Source: an uncultured archaeon (GTDB lineage: Archaea; Thermoproteota; Nitrososphaeria_A; Caldarchaeales; Wolframiiraptoraceae). From it: a stretch of 64,000 nt of DNA. The stretch is taken from assembly GCA_937974645.1 (NCBI GenBank), contig CALJVH010000010.1:65771-129770 (forward strand), written 5' to 3'. Below the pieces are notes generated by a model, which saw only the letters and a program-made list of their open reading frames with translations, had not been told where the DNA came from and did no database searches. Below are positions 1-9,153 of this stretch, piece by piece (positions within the stretch are counted from its first letter, which is position 1; every line of letters begins with the position of its first letter). The translations under genes were made by a program, and so were the position numbers.

Positions 1-1
1 G

Positions 2-442
2 GCCGACCAGTATGAGAGAGCGCCAGAAGTGACGGTAACGAGCCTCGTATGGGATATGAGACCGACCGTCAGAGTAGTCTTTGAAAGAGTCTTATCCGGC
101 TCATTCACCGCTGACAATCTTGGAACATACTCGTGGATGAGCTTTAATGGATCATATCTCGCGCCTTTCCACCACTTCGGGGAGCCGAACCCTCCGCTCA
201 ATAGGGAGATCTTAGCACTCGTCGACGAGTGGGAGGAGAAGATTAGGAGTGGTATGACATGGGTTCCGATAATAGAGCTACCTCCGGAGCAAGTTTGGCC
301 GGAACTTCAGCAAGCCGGCGCGGCACCCCAGCAGCCAATCCAGATCTTCGAGATAGTAGCGTACGTTCTAGCAGTCGTAGCCGTAATCGAGGCGTTAATA
401 ATAGTGATGATTGCGCGGAGGGTTAGGAGAATCAAGAAATAG
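2..442 (+). CDS. C-terminal part of a putative BMP/PnrA-family ABC substrate-binding protein with a C-terminal TM anchor (5' end outside the window)
   Basis: The frame is open from nt 2, with no stop before the listed Met at 29. It ends in the hydrophobic helix IFEIVAYVLAVVAVIEALIIVMIA followed by RRVRRIKK. It lies directly upstream of a two-domain ABC ATPase and a BMP-type permease. The family call is largely contextual. Confidence 0.45.
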   Translation, partial: ADQYERAPEVTVTSLVWDMRPTVRVVFERVLSGSFTADNLGTYSWMSFNGSYLAPFHHFGEPNPPLNREILALVDEWEEKIRSGMTWVPIIELPPEQVWPELQQAGAAPQQPIQIFEIVAYVLAVVAVIEALIIVMIARRVRRIKK

Positions 443-460
443 AGATCTGGTGAAAGCCAT

Positions 461-2002
461 TTGAACCCCGCGATCAGGCTAAAGAACGTGAGTAAGACCT
501 TCATCGGGGGCGCTGTAGCATTAGATGATGTCAGCCTAGAGCTTAATGGGGGGAAGATATACGGACTCGTCGGGCCTAATGGCGCTGGAAAATCCACGCT
601 GACAAACGTGATCTCAGGATACTTGAAGTCTGATCGCGGGGAAGTCTACGTCAATGGAGTGAGGATCGAGGAGTATCATCAGGCTATTGTTAAGGCTGGC
701 GTCGTGAAGGTTGAGCAGCATCCAAACCTCGCGCCAGCCTTGACGCTCTTGGAGCAGCTTGCGCTCCTTTACCCCTATTTCATACCAGATCTAGGACTTG
801 TTAAGAAGAAGGCGGAGAAGATAGCTGAGGAGCTTGGGGTTAGGCTGGATCTAGATCAGCCTGCGGAGAGAATTCCAATAGGTCAGTTGAGAGCATTTGA
901 GATTGTTAGGGCTCTAATACTCTCCGAGATACTCCATAGGATGGGTAAGAGGCCGATCCTAATCCTTGATGAGAGCATGGCATATCTTCCAGCTCGGCAG
1001 AAGCGAAGATTAAATGATTATCTTAGGCAGCTGACTGAGCTCGGGTACACCGTGATCATGATATCTCATGACCTCTCTGATCTGATTAAGGCTGTAGATG
1101 AGATTCTCGTTATGACTAATGGCAGAATCGTCTCGAGGTTTGACTCGAAGAAAGCCGAGCTTGATGATTTGATTAAAAGCATGTTTGAAGAAATGGAGTA
1201 TTTTATACCATTAAAGGAGCTGGAAAGGCTGGAGCCATCCAATGAGAAGGCTGCCCTGAAGCTTGAAAATCTCACAATAATCGATGATAGAGGTGAGGTT
1301 GTGGTTGAAGATTTATCACTTGAGGTGTTGGAGGGAGAGGTTCATGGAATAGCGGCTGTGCCTGGCACGGGTGAGAAGGAGTTAGCGGAGTGCATCTATG
1401 GTGTTAGGAGACCGGCATCAGGTAAGATAATCTTGTTCGGGGAGGACGTAACCGGCTTCAGCACACCGGAGCTAAGAAAACGCGGAGTAGGATTCCTCTC
1501 TGATGATAGGATACGTGACGGCCTGATACTTGGAGCGAGCATCGAGGATAATCTCACGATCGGGAGCGAGAAAGACTTCTCGCATAGAATATTCCTAGAT
1601 CCAGAGAGGCGTGGAAAGATCGCGGAGAAATTGGCGAGCGAGTTTCAGATAGTCTTGAGGGATTTGAGAAGCCCCGTTGAGACTCTTTCGGGCGGAAACA
1701 TGCAGCGAGCCTATATCGGGAGGGTGTTAGGGAGATGGGATAAGCTGCTGATAGCGCTCCATCCCACCATTGGTCTAGATCCTCGTGGAGTCAAGCTATT
1801 CTTCGATAGGACCCTAGAGAGACGAAGGAGGATATTGACGACGGTGATATTCTCGCCGAATCTCAGGGAGCTATTAGCGGTTTGCGATAGAGTCTCGGCT
1901 TTCGCGAATAAGAAAATACTTGGGACGTACAGGCCGCCGGAGATAACTATTGAGAAACTTGGAATGATGATAAGTGGGTTGATGGAGGTTGCTCGAGCTT
2001 AG
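461..2002 (+). CDS. ABC transporter ATP-binding protein with duplicated ATPase domains (nucleoside/sugar BMP-type importer)
   Basis: 513 aa. The first domain has Walker A GPNGAGKST. The second domain has the degenerate P-loop (AVPGTGEKEL) and LSGGNMQR signature typical of RbsA/BMP-type double ATPases. TTG start. It overlaps the permease gene by 14 nt. Confidence 0.9.
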   Translation: MNPAIRLKNVSKTFIGGAVALDDVSLELNGGKIYGLVGPNGAGKSTLTNVISGYLKSDRGEVYVNGVRIEEYHQAIVKAGVVKVEQHPNLAPALTLLEQLALLYPYFIPDLGLVKKKAEKIAEELGVRLDLDQPAERIPIGQLRAFEIVRALILSEILHRMGKRPILILDESMAYLPARQKRRLNDYLRQLTELGYTVIMISHDLSDLIKAVDEILVMTNGRIVSRFDSKKAELDDLIKSMFEEMEYFIPLKELERLEPSNEKAALKLENLTIIDDRGEVVVEDLSLEVLEGEVHGIAAVPGTGEKELAECIYGVRRPASGKIILFGEDVTGFSTPELRKRGVGFLSDDRIRDGLILGASIEDNLTIGSEKDFSHRIFLDPERRGKIAEKLASEFQIVLRDLRSPVETLSGGNMQRAYIGRVLGRWDKLLIALHPTIGLDPRGVKLFFDRTLERRRRILTTVIFSPNLRELLAVCDRVSAFANKKILGTYRPPEITIEKLGMMISGLMEVARA

Positions 2003-4118
2003 CCTCGAGAGAAGGGGGGCGCCCTTCCCGCTCAAGAGGCTAAGCCTACCAATTTTAGCAATCTCCCTCTCAATCCTAACCTCCGCAATATACGTCCTAA
2101 TGGCCGGAGGAGATCTCGGAGCAGTATACTATTATCTCCTCACTTGGCCCTTTGAGAACCCTGCGGAGATACTCGTGACCGCGTCTCCGTTAATTCTCCT
2201 CGCTTTCTCGGTCCTAGTAGCCTTTCGAGCTAGGTTTTGGAATCTCGGAGCCCACGGCCAATTCATCGTTGGAGGCTTGATCGCTGCATATTTCGGCGTC
2301 CAGCTAAAGCATCTAATGCCTCAGCTCTTGATACCATTAATCTTAATCTTGGGATGGTTAGGCGGCGCGGCTGCATGCCTAGTGAGCTGGTGGCTGAAGG
2401 TTTACCGTAATCAGGATGAGATCTTAACAACGCTCTTGATATGGAGTGCCATCCTCCAGATATGCGCGGGGCTTCTCACGGGTCCGATGAGATCTCCATA
2501 CACAACCTATCCGCAGTCGGCTGAGATAGGCGCCAACGCAAAGCTCCCGATACTTATCCCTGGAACCAGGCTCCACCTCGGCGTATTAGCGCCCTTCATC
2601 CTCCTCGCGATCCTATGGTTCTTGATGAATCGGGCAATTTTGAGGAATTGGATAATAGCGGCGACCTCGCCGAGGGTCGCGGAGCTTGAGGGGTTCAGCC
2701 TCCCGAAGATCTACTTCTGGATAGCGTTCATCAGCGGCGGCCTCGCGGGGCTTGCTGGAGCCTGCGAGGTAATGGGAATACTTTACTACATGACGCCCTT
2801 TGTCGGCCCGAATTATGGGCTTATAGCGCTCGCGATTACGATGCTCGGCGGCCTCGACCCGATAGGAGCAACAGTCGCTGGAATCTTTTTCAGCATACTG
2901 ATAAATGGGGCTAATGCGATGAGCTGGAACACGGGCGTGCCATCCTTCCTCTCAGACCTCATACAAGCACAGACGCTCATAATCTTCCTAATCCTCGGAG
3001 CCTTGGGGACGTATAGGATTCATATCAGGCTCAAGAAAACAGTTAAGCTCGGGAAATCCTTGATAAAGCTAGAAGGGTCTGGGGTGCGGTGTGCATCGCC
3101 GCGGGTAATTCCTAGCCATCGCATTTCAAGGATTACGTCTTACATACTCGCGGCGCTCGTGGCTCTGGTAATTATGGGCGCGATAATGAGGGGAAGCTAC
3201 CTAGAGCGAGCCCTCTCGAGTATTGTTGGTTTGACTCTTGTCTCAGCGACGCCGATAATCTTCGCATCCCTCGGTGAGATGCTGATAGAGAAGACCGGAG
3301 TTCTGAACTTAGGCATACTCGGGATAATGATCGCCGGCGCTGGCTGGGGGTTCATGGCCGCCTACTTCTCCGGCAACATATTGTTCGGAATCTTAGCGGC
3401 AGCCGTCGTCGGTGCTCTTCTTGGCCTCCTCCACGCATTCCTAGTAGTGAGCCTCGGATGCCAGCAGCACATCTCCGGGATAGCTGTAACCTTCTACGCC
3501 ATGAATTTGACATACTTCGCCCACCGCGTATTAATCGGGTCGCCCCTCGTCGAGCCGACAGTCCCGGCAACTCCAACCCTGAAGCTAGGCCCCCTCAGCG
3601 ACTTGCCCATCGTGGGTCCGGCCTTTAGCCAGAGCCCGTACATCTATGCCGGCGCATATCTCCTACCATTAGTCTTGATATTCATTCTCGGGAAGACTAG
3701 GTGGGGGCTCATACTAAGAGCTGTTGGCGAGAACCCGAGGGCCGCCGACTCATCCCTCATAAGAGTCCACACCGTTAGATATTACGCGGTACTCGCCGGC
3801 TCCGCGCTAATGGCCATCGGCGGAGCATTCTACTCCCTCATAGACCTAAGATCGTTCAACCTGAACGTCGGCGGTGAGTGGAGCTGGATAGCCATGGCGC
3901 TCGTCGTCCTCGGAAACTGGAACCCCGCTTGGATATGGCTCGCATGCATTTTCTTCGGATCCCTGAACGCACTCCAAGCTTGGCTCGTATCGATCGTCCA
4001 GATACCATACCAGTTCTTCCAGTCGATACCATATCTCTTGACGGTGGCGATCTCAGCCGCCCTCGGCAAGAGGGCGAGGCCTCCCAAAGCATTCCTCCAG
4101 TCATATTTCAGGGAGTAG
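1989..4118 (+). CDS. Fused double permease of the BMP-type ABC importer (two permease modules in one 709-aa ORF)
   Basis: Highly hydrophobic polytopic protein. Two permease-like halves are joined by a polar linker (KKTVKLGKSLIKLEGSGVRCASPRVIPSHRISR, near nt 3030-3130) with no in-frame stop. Confidence 0.8.
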   Translation: MLELSLERRGAPFPLKRLSLPILAISLSILTSAIYVLMAGGDLGAVYYYLLTWPFENPAEILVTASPLILLAFSVLVAFRARFWNLGAHGQFIVGGLIAAYFGVQLKHLMPQLLIPLILILGWLGGAAACLVSWWLKVYRNQDEILTTLLIWSAILQICAGLLTGPMRSPYTTYPQSAEIGANAKLPILIPGTRLHLGVLAPFILLAILWFLMNRAILRNWIIAATSPRVAELEGFSLPKIYFWIAFISGGLAGLAGACEVMGILYYMTPFVGPNYGLIALAITMLGGLDPIGATVAGIFFSILINGANAMSWNTGVPSFLSDLIQAQTLIIFLILGALGTYRIHIRLKKTVKLGKSLIKLEGSGVRCASPRVIPSHRISRITSYILAALVALVIMGAIMRGSYLERALSSIVGLTLVSATPIIFASLGEMLIEKTGVLNLGILGIMIAGAGWGFMAAYFSGNILFGILAAAVVGALLGLLHAFLVVSLGCQQHISGIAVTFYAMNLTYFAHRVLIGSPLVEPTVPATPTLKLGPLSDLPIVGPAFSQSPYIYAGAYLLPLVLIFILGKTRWGLILRAVGENPRAADSSLIRVHTVRYYAVLAGSALMAIGGAFYSLIDLRSFNLNVGGEWSWIAMALVVLGNWNPAWIWLACIFFGSLNALQAWLVSIVQIPYQFFQSIPYLLTVAISAALGKRARPPKAFLQSYFRE

Positions 4119-5490
4119 TAGCTTTCCTAGCATAATCCTCAACGACGTCTATCAGCTTATCCAAGTCCTCCCGAGCATGTGCTGCGGATATGAAGAGGTG
4201 GGGAACCTCTGGGGTCAGATAGATTATTCCATTTTCCAGCGCGTGGTGGAAGAGGGCTTTAGCCTTCTCAACATTCCTCCCGAGCTGGGCTGTCCTAGCA
4301 TCCCTAGGCTTCTCTCGGGTGAAGTGTAGCCCTATCATCGAGCCTATCCCCGTGACATGAGCTGCTAGACCATATCTGGAAAAAGCATTTTCTAAGCCAT
4401 TTCTAGCGTAATCTCCGAGCTGATCGAGCTTATGATAAATCTCAGGGTTCCCCTCGAGCTCCTTGAGAAGCGTGTAGCCCGCTCTCATGGTCAGAGGATT
4501 CGCCGCGTAAGTTCCTCCTTGGAATGCCCGCTCATGAGGCTTAGGATACTTTATCTGATCCAAAAGCTCCATTATGTCGGCTCTACCGCCGAATCCTCCA
4601 GCTGGGAACTCACCGCCGCCGAGAATCTTCCCGAAGATCGTTAAGTCGGGCTTGACACCATAGACTCTCTGTGCTCCGCCAGGCGATAATCTGAAACCCG
4701 TGATCACCTCATCGAATACTAGCAATGCGCCGAGCTCGTCGCAGATCTCCCGCAAGCCTCTCAGGAACTCGGGCTCAGCCGGTATTGCTCCTCCAGCTCC
4801 GAGGACGGGTTCAACCATAATCGCGGCTAACTCAATACCCTTCACGCGATTCCATACGCCCTCTAGATCATTGAATGGTAGTAGTATCGTGTATTTGAGT
4901 GATTCTTCAATGATCCCTAAACTACCTGGAGCCTTGTATGGCGGTTGAACTCCGATGTGAAGGCAGTCATAACCTCCATGCCATCCCCCTTCAAACTTGG
5001 CTATGAACTTCCTCTTTGTATAGGCTCTTGCAAGCCTGCAAGCATACATCGCTGCTTCAGTCCCACTATTCGTGAACCTAATCAGCTCGACGCTCTCAAC
5101 CATCCTCGATACTTGCCTCGCCAGTTTTACCTCCCATTCATGGGGGAAGCCGATATGGGCGTATTCCTTTAGCTGTTTTATCGCTGCCTCAATCACGGGG
5201 CGATATCCATGGCCCATGAGCAGAGCGCCATGCCCTGTCCAATAGTCAATGTACTCATTTCCATCAAGATCCCAGATCCTCCGGTCACGCGCAGCTGATA
5301 CATAAATTGGGTAAGGCTCGAAATACCTTATCGAGTAAGATACACCTCCAGGAAGGTACTTACGCGCCTCATCGAACATCGCCATAGAATTAGGTGTCAA
5401 CTTAGAATATTTCACGATCCTCTTCACAGCTAAGCCAAAGCATAAATGTTCCTCAACCTCGTTAAGTCTGCAAGGATTTCTGCGCGCCAT
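4108..5490 (-). CDS. hemL: Glutamate-1-semialdehyde 2,1-aminomutase-like class III aminotransferase
   Basis: PGGVS...YIDYWTGHGALLMGH; PLP-lysine region DLTIFGKILGGGEFPAGGFGGR; GGTYAANPLTMRAG. The start is ambiguous: ATG 5490, GTG 5427 or 5415, or ATG 5385. It could be a HemL paralog rather than the heme enzyme. Confidence 0.7.
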   Translation of the reverse strand: MARRNPCRLNEVEEHLCFGLAVKRIVKYSKLTPNSMAMFDEARKYLPGGVSYSIRYFEPYPIYVSAARDRRIWDLDGNEYIDYWTGHGALLMGHGYRPVIEAAIKQLKEYAHIGFPHEWEVKLARQVSRMVESVELIRFTNSGTEAAMYACRLARAYTKRKFIAKFEGGWHGGYDCLHIGVQPPYKAPGSLGIIEESLKYTILLPFNDLEGVWNRVKGIELAAIMVEPVLGAGGAIPAEPEFLRGLREICDELGALLVFDEVITGFRLSPGGAQRVYGVKPDLTIFGKILGGGEFPAGGFGGRADIMELLDQIKYPKPHERAFQGGTYAANPLTMRAGYTLLKELEGNPEIYHKLDQLGDYARNGLENAFSRYGLAAHVTGIGSMIGLHFTREKPRDARTAQLGRNVEKAKALFHHALENGIIYLTPEVPHLFISAAHAREDLDKLIDVVEDYARKATTP

Positions 5491-5506
5491 TCCAAGTTTT
5501 TAAGGA

Positions 5507-5677
5507 CTAATATGTTATCTCAGCTGAAACTTCTGGGAATTCCTCACCACATTTTGGACATCTAACATAGTCGCATGAAATCGATGATGGGCATCCGCCA
5601 CAGGCAAAGGCTCTAGCATAGCTAACTTCGAATTCGAAGCCGCAGGCTGGGCATCTCAGAATCTTTTTTCGGGCCAA
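5507..5677 (-). CDS. Small zinc-ribbon protein (56 aa), below the ORF-track cutoff
   Basis: Hand translation from TTG: MARKKILRCPACGFEFEVSYARAFACGGCPSSISCDYVRCPKCGEEFPEVSAEITY. It contains CPAC, CGGC and CPKC pairs. The stop lies 16 nt upstream of the hemL-like ORF on the same strand. Confidence 0.4.
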   Translation of the reverse strand: MARKKILRCPACGFEFEVSYARAFACGGCPSSISCDYVRCPKCGEEFPEVSAEITY

Positions 5678-5740
5678 CTTGCAGCATTAACACAGATATG
5701 GAGAGATTTGAAAAAGATTTTGTTTTAACGCTTAAGTATA

Positions 5741-5832
5741 TGGGCCGGGTGGGATTCGAACCCACGACCTCCGCCGTCTCCTCCCAAGAAAAGCGTGTGA
5801 GGGCGGCGTCATAGCCCCTAGACTACCGGCCC
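5741..5832 (-). tRNA. tRNA-Val (anticodon CAC) with an intron of about 19 nt 3' of the anticodon
   Basis: Reverse complement: GGGCCGG-TA-GTCT-AGGGGCTA-TGAC-G-CCGCC-CTCACA-[CGCTTTTCTTGGGAGGAGA]-C-GGCGG-AGGTC-GTGGG-TTCGAAT-CCCAC-CCGGCCC-A. All four stems pair, and the intron is at the canonical 37/38 position. Confidence 0.85.
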
Positions 5833-5856
5833 AAGCCGTCCTGAATCCGCTCCGCC

Positions 5857-5870
5857 TTAAAAATTTTAAA
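5857..5870 (-). promoter_or_regulatory. Putative TATA/BRE element for tRNA-Val(CAC)
   Basis: The minus strand reads tttaaaatttttaagg, centred about 31 nt upstream of the tRNA 5' end. The same AT-rich block could also serve the divergent larA-like gene. Confidence 0.35.
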
Positions 5871-5938
5871 CATTAAAGCACATGCTTGTCCAGAGATATG
5901 GACATTAACCGGGTTTACCTATCCAGAGTGGGGTTGCG

Positions 5939-7213
5939 ATGATTAAGCTACCCTATGGCGAGGGCAGCCTTGAACTTGAGATCGAGAAATGCGAGGTCCT
6001 AGAGTCGCGGGAGATACCCGCGATAGGATTGGCTGAAGAAGCGCTTGAAAAGGCTCTTGCGAATCCCATCTCGAGCCCGAGTCTTGAGGATCTTCTGAGG
6101 AAAGCCAGGCATGTTCTGCTTGTGGTGCCCGATAATACGAGAGCCTTTCCATCGAGGCGCCTAATCCCGCGGATTCTAAGGGTCATGGAGAGTGCTAATC
6201 CTATGGCCGAAATTCGGATTTTAGTCGCGACCGGCCTCCATATGGAGGTAAAGAAAGATGAGTTGAGAAGGATGCTCGGGAGGGAAGTTCTGGAAAAATA
6301 CGAGGTGATTAACCATAGAGCATTCGATGATGAGCAGATTGCGAAGCTCGATGCAAGGACAAGTTACGGAACACCCATTCATGTAAACAGGTTTGCCCTC
6401 GAGAGCGATGTCGTCGTTGGGGCTGGGCTCATCGAGCCTCATTTTTTCGCCGGGTATAGCGGGGGCAGGAAGATAATCTTGCCGGGAGTCGCGGGGATGG
6501 AGGCAATATTTAAGAACCATGGCTTCAAGATGATAGATGATCCGAGATCTAGGGCAGGGCTTCTAAATGGAAACCCCGTTCACATGGATATGATTGAGTT
6601 CATGAAAATGACTAAGCTCGACTTCATAGTTAATATAACGATTGACAAGAGGAAGATGATCACCGGGATATTCGCGGGAGAACCCATAAAGGCCCACCTC
6701 GCCGGGGTCAAGTTTCTAGATCAAATTGTTAAGCTCCATGTTGAGAAGCCGGCCGATATTGTGATAACGACTAACGGTGGATACCCGCTGGATAGAGATC
6801 TTTACCAAGCCGTCAAGGGAATAGATACTGCGGCCTACATCGTTAAGCCTGGAGGAGTGATCGTAATCGCGTCAGAGTGTAGGGATGGGCTGGGAGGCCA
6901 TAAAGAATTCTTAGAAATCTTCCAGGGAGCCAGCAACCCAGATGAGGTTCTCGAATTCGTCAGAAGAAATGAGCCAATAAATGACCAGTGGGAGGCGCAA
7001 ATACTGGCGAGGGACTTAAAAAAGGCTAAAGTGATCTTGGTGAGCGATTACATTTCAGAAAGCATGGCGAGGGACTTCATGCTCGAGCATGCCAAGACGA
7101 TCGGAGAAGCGCTAGAGATAGCATTTAACATCATCGGAAAGAAGGATTCTAGAATCATGGTGATTCCAGAGGGGCCCTACATCATACCTTTGAGAAAGGA
7201 AGATGCAAAGTAG
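5939..7213 (+). CDS. larA: LarA-family (DUF2088) nickel-pincer-cofactor-dependent 2-hydroxyacid racemase/epimerase-like protein
   Basis: 424 aa. N-terminal PYG...LEL pattern, VPDNTR, and HFFAGYSGGRKIILPGVAG, which resemble conserved LarA motifs as I recall them. Confidence 0.7.
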   Translation: MIKLPYGEGSLELEIEKCEVLESREIPAIGLAEEALEKALANPISSPSLEDLLRKARHVLLVVPDNTRAFPSRRLIPRILRVMESANPMAEIRILVATGLHMEVKKDELRRMLGREVLEKYEVINHRAFDDEQIAKLDARTSYGTPIHVNRFALESDVVVGAGLIEPHFFAGYSGGRKIILPGVAGMEAIFKNHGFKMIDDPRSRAGLLNGNPVHMDMIEFMKMTKLDFIVNITIDKRKMITGIFAGEPIKAHLAGVKFLDQIVKLHVEKPADIVITTNGGYPLDRDLYQAVKGIDTAAYIVKPGGVIVIASECRDGLGGHKEFLEIFQGASNPDEVLEFVRRNEPINDQWEAQILARDLKKAKVILVSDYISESMARDFMLEHAKTIGEALEIAFNIIGKKDSRIMVIPEGPYIIPLRKEDAK

Positions 7214-7229
7214 GCCCAGCATTTTCGAT

Positions 7230-7790
7230 TTATTTTAATGATCCATCGCCTCCCGCTGCCACCACCCTCTTCCCTTTGGGGCTTGGGATTATCTTCAGCC
7301 TCGCGTTCGAGAATTCTTTCTTGAATTCTTTTCCTTCATGAAGCCAGTCTAGAAATGTGGCCAGCGCCGCGATCTCACTATGAGGCTGATTTCCGACAGC
7401 GATGTTGTAATCCGCTAGATCATAAGCCTCTCTTGGAACTTTCTCGCTTCCGATAATTACTAGCAGGCTTCTTCCCTCCCTCCAGATCCTCCTAACCTCA
7501 TCTATTACATCTGGGAGGTTCATACCATACATCGTTAGGTGAATTACCACTGCTCCAGCCTCCTTGAACCTCCTGATTACCCCTCTCCAGTTATCCTCGA
7601 ATCTTGCGGAGAATGAGCCTCCCCATTTCTCCGTGACACTTTCTATGCGGCGTATTAGGTCATCGTCACGGTCTCCCGTGATTATTATCTCGTTGGCACC
7701 ATATGCTCTCGCGACAAGGGCCGCATGCATCGTGACCCTTTTATCCCTCTTGATCCTGTGCCCAAGCCTTAGAACTGTTATCCTAGACAT
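7230..7790 (-). CDS. trm56: tRNA (cytidine56-2'-O)-methyltransferase aTrm56 (SPOUT)
   Basis: The N-terminus ITVLRLGHRIKRDKRVTMHAALVARAYGA matches the archaeal Trm56 signature. 186 aa. Confidence 0.85.
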   Translation of the reverse strand: MSRITVLRLGHRIKRDKRVTMHAALVARAYGANEIIITGDRDDDLIRRIESVTEKWGGSFSARFEDNWRGVIRRFKEAGAVVIHLTMYGMNLPDVIDEVRRIWREGRSLLVIIGSEKVPREAYDLADYNIAVGNQPHSEIAALATFLDWLHEGKEFKKEFSNARLKIIPSPKGKRVVAAGGDGSLK

Positions 7791-7799
7791 GCCCTGGGC

Positions 7800-8354
7800 T
7801 TATTCCGCTTTCTCTGCTATCTCGGGCTTCCTCGCCTCTATCATCTCGCTTAAAGCCTTCTCGATTTCCTCGATCTTTAACTTGAGGGACTCCACAAGAT
7901 CCTTATTCTCATGAGGCTCTATAGGCCTCTTACACACTGGACATCTGAAGAGCTGCTCCATCGCCTGGTCGAATAAGAGTCTAGGATGGCCTAGGGTTCC
8001 GCACCAGTAGAACTGGTTATTCTCCTCTGAGCGAAGCTTCTCGATCAGCCTCTCCTTGATCTTCTGCATATTTGAGATTATGAAGCCGGTTGCCTGCTCA
8101 TCCTGAACATACCACTTAAATATCCTATGATCGGTCTTCTTATCCCTCGCCAGCTCATAGTAGAGTATCCCGATGCTATTAAGCTTGTGAAGCATCTTCC
8201 TCACCTCGCGCACATCCATACCGAGCTTCCCAGCGATAACCTCATCAACTACCCCGGGCTTACTTATCAGGAGCCTCATAACCTTCGCCGCTTCCTCCCC
8301 GCCAACAAGTCTTGCGAGCTCGAGTAGGGTCTCCTTCTCTATTATCAGGAGCAT
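7800..8354 (-). CDS. tfe: Transcription factor E (TFE alpha, TFIIE-alpha homolog)
   Basis: Winged-helix N-terminal half (VIAGKLGMDVREVRKMLHKLNSIGILYY...KTDHRIFKWYV) followed by a zinc-ribbon-like segment (WCG...H...CPVC). Confidence 0.85.
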   Translation of the reverse strand: MLLIIEKETLLELARLVGGEEAAKVMRLLISKPGVVDEVIAGKLGMDVREVRKMLHKLNSIGILYYELARDKKTDHRIFKWYVQDEQATGFIISNMQKIKERLIEKLRSEENNQFYWCGTLGHPRLLFDQAMEQLFRCPVCKRPIEPHENKDLVESLKLKIEEIEKALSEMIEARKPEIAEKAE

Positions 8355-8403
8355 TCTAAGTGATAGAACTTATAATGCCGCATAAAAAACTTCCCCCAGC
8401 AGA

Positions 8404-9150
8404 ATGATTCTTGCAGAGAAGTCGGGGGGTAGGCGAGAGCTGGTCAAAGTAATAGAGGCGTGGCTTAATGGAGTGCTGAGGGAGGCGTCGGATACTAGGG
8501 CTGAGGTGAGGGAGGGCTTTAGCGGGTGGATGATGATCGCGCCGGATAATGACCTTATTAAGACGATAATTCAGCTCGAGACAAGACTGGATCCTATCGC
8601 CTCAGGGAAGCCTCCCTATACTGCCCGCATCCAGAGCCTCACTGACTCAAGACTTATTATAGAATATCCCAATCCGGATGGAAAGACCGTAAAGAAGATT
8701 CTATCCACGAGATCCTTTGCAGCGGGTCTAGGATATGATGGCAATGATCCGGCAGAGTTCCTAGAGCATGTGGGGATCTTTGAAGACGCTCCTGTGAGCT
8801 TGGCCGCGGGTATGCCGTCCATGATCCAGCTGGAGCTCTTCATTAAGCAGGTGTTGAGGGGGCTTGATAGGATAATGATTTTAAATGCGGCAATAAGCGA
8901 GGTTAATGAAGTCTCTAATAAAATCGAGGGGCTGATAGCTTATCATGAACATCTGACACTCTCAGCGCACATGTTATATCTGCGGCTAGGAGTGAAGCTG
9001 GATAAGCTTGTAGAGAGATTGTGGAGAGAAATGCCCGGCGGAGTGATCATCAAGCCGCTCCCATGGAATCAACTTTCCAAGCTATTGGAATCTAATAACG
9101 TCAGCCTAGAGAGCTTTCCCGCAAGCATATGGTTGGGGGTAGGAAGTTAA
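8404..9150 (+). CDS. Hypothetical protein (248 aa) with no recognisable domain
   Basis: Long ORF with ordinary amino-acid composition, divergent from tfe across a 49-nt spacer. I recognise no motif. Confidence 0.5.
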   Translation: MILAEKSGGRRELVKVIEAWLNGVLREASDTRAEVREGFSGWMMIAPDNDLIKTIIQLETRLDPIASGKPPYTARIQSLTDSRLIIEYPNPDGKTVKKILSTRSFAAGLGYDGNDPAEFLEHVGIFEDAPVSLAAGMPSMIQLELFIKQVLRGLDRIMILNAAISEVNEVSNKIEGLIAYHEHLTLSAHMLYLRLGVKLDKLVERLWREMPGGVIIKPLPWNQLSKLLESNNVSLESFPASIWLGVGS

Positions 9151-9153
9151 GAG

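Noticed and set aside
4108-4118. 11-nt overlap between the permease stop region and the convergent hemL-like gene end.
   Set aside because: Short convergent 3' overlaps are common in compact archaeal genomes, so it is not considered noteworthy.
3352-4135. Several 70-85-aa ORFs on both strands inside the permease gene.
   Set aside because: Arg/Gly/Ser-rich shadow ORFs within a clearly hydrophobic permease coding region.
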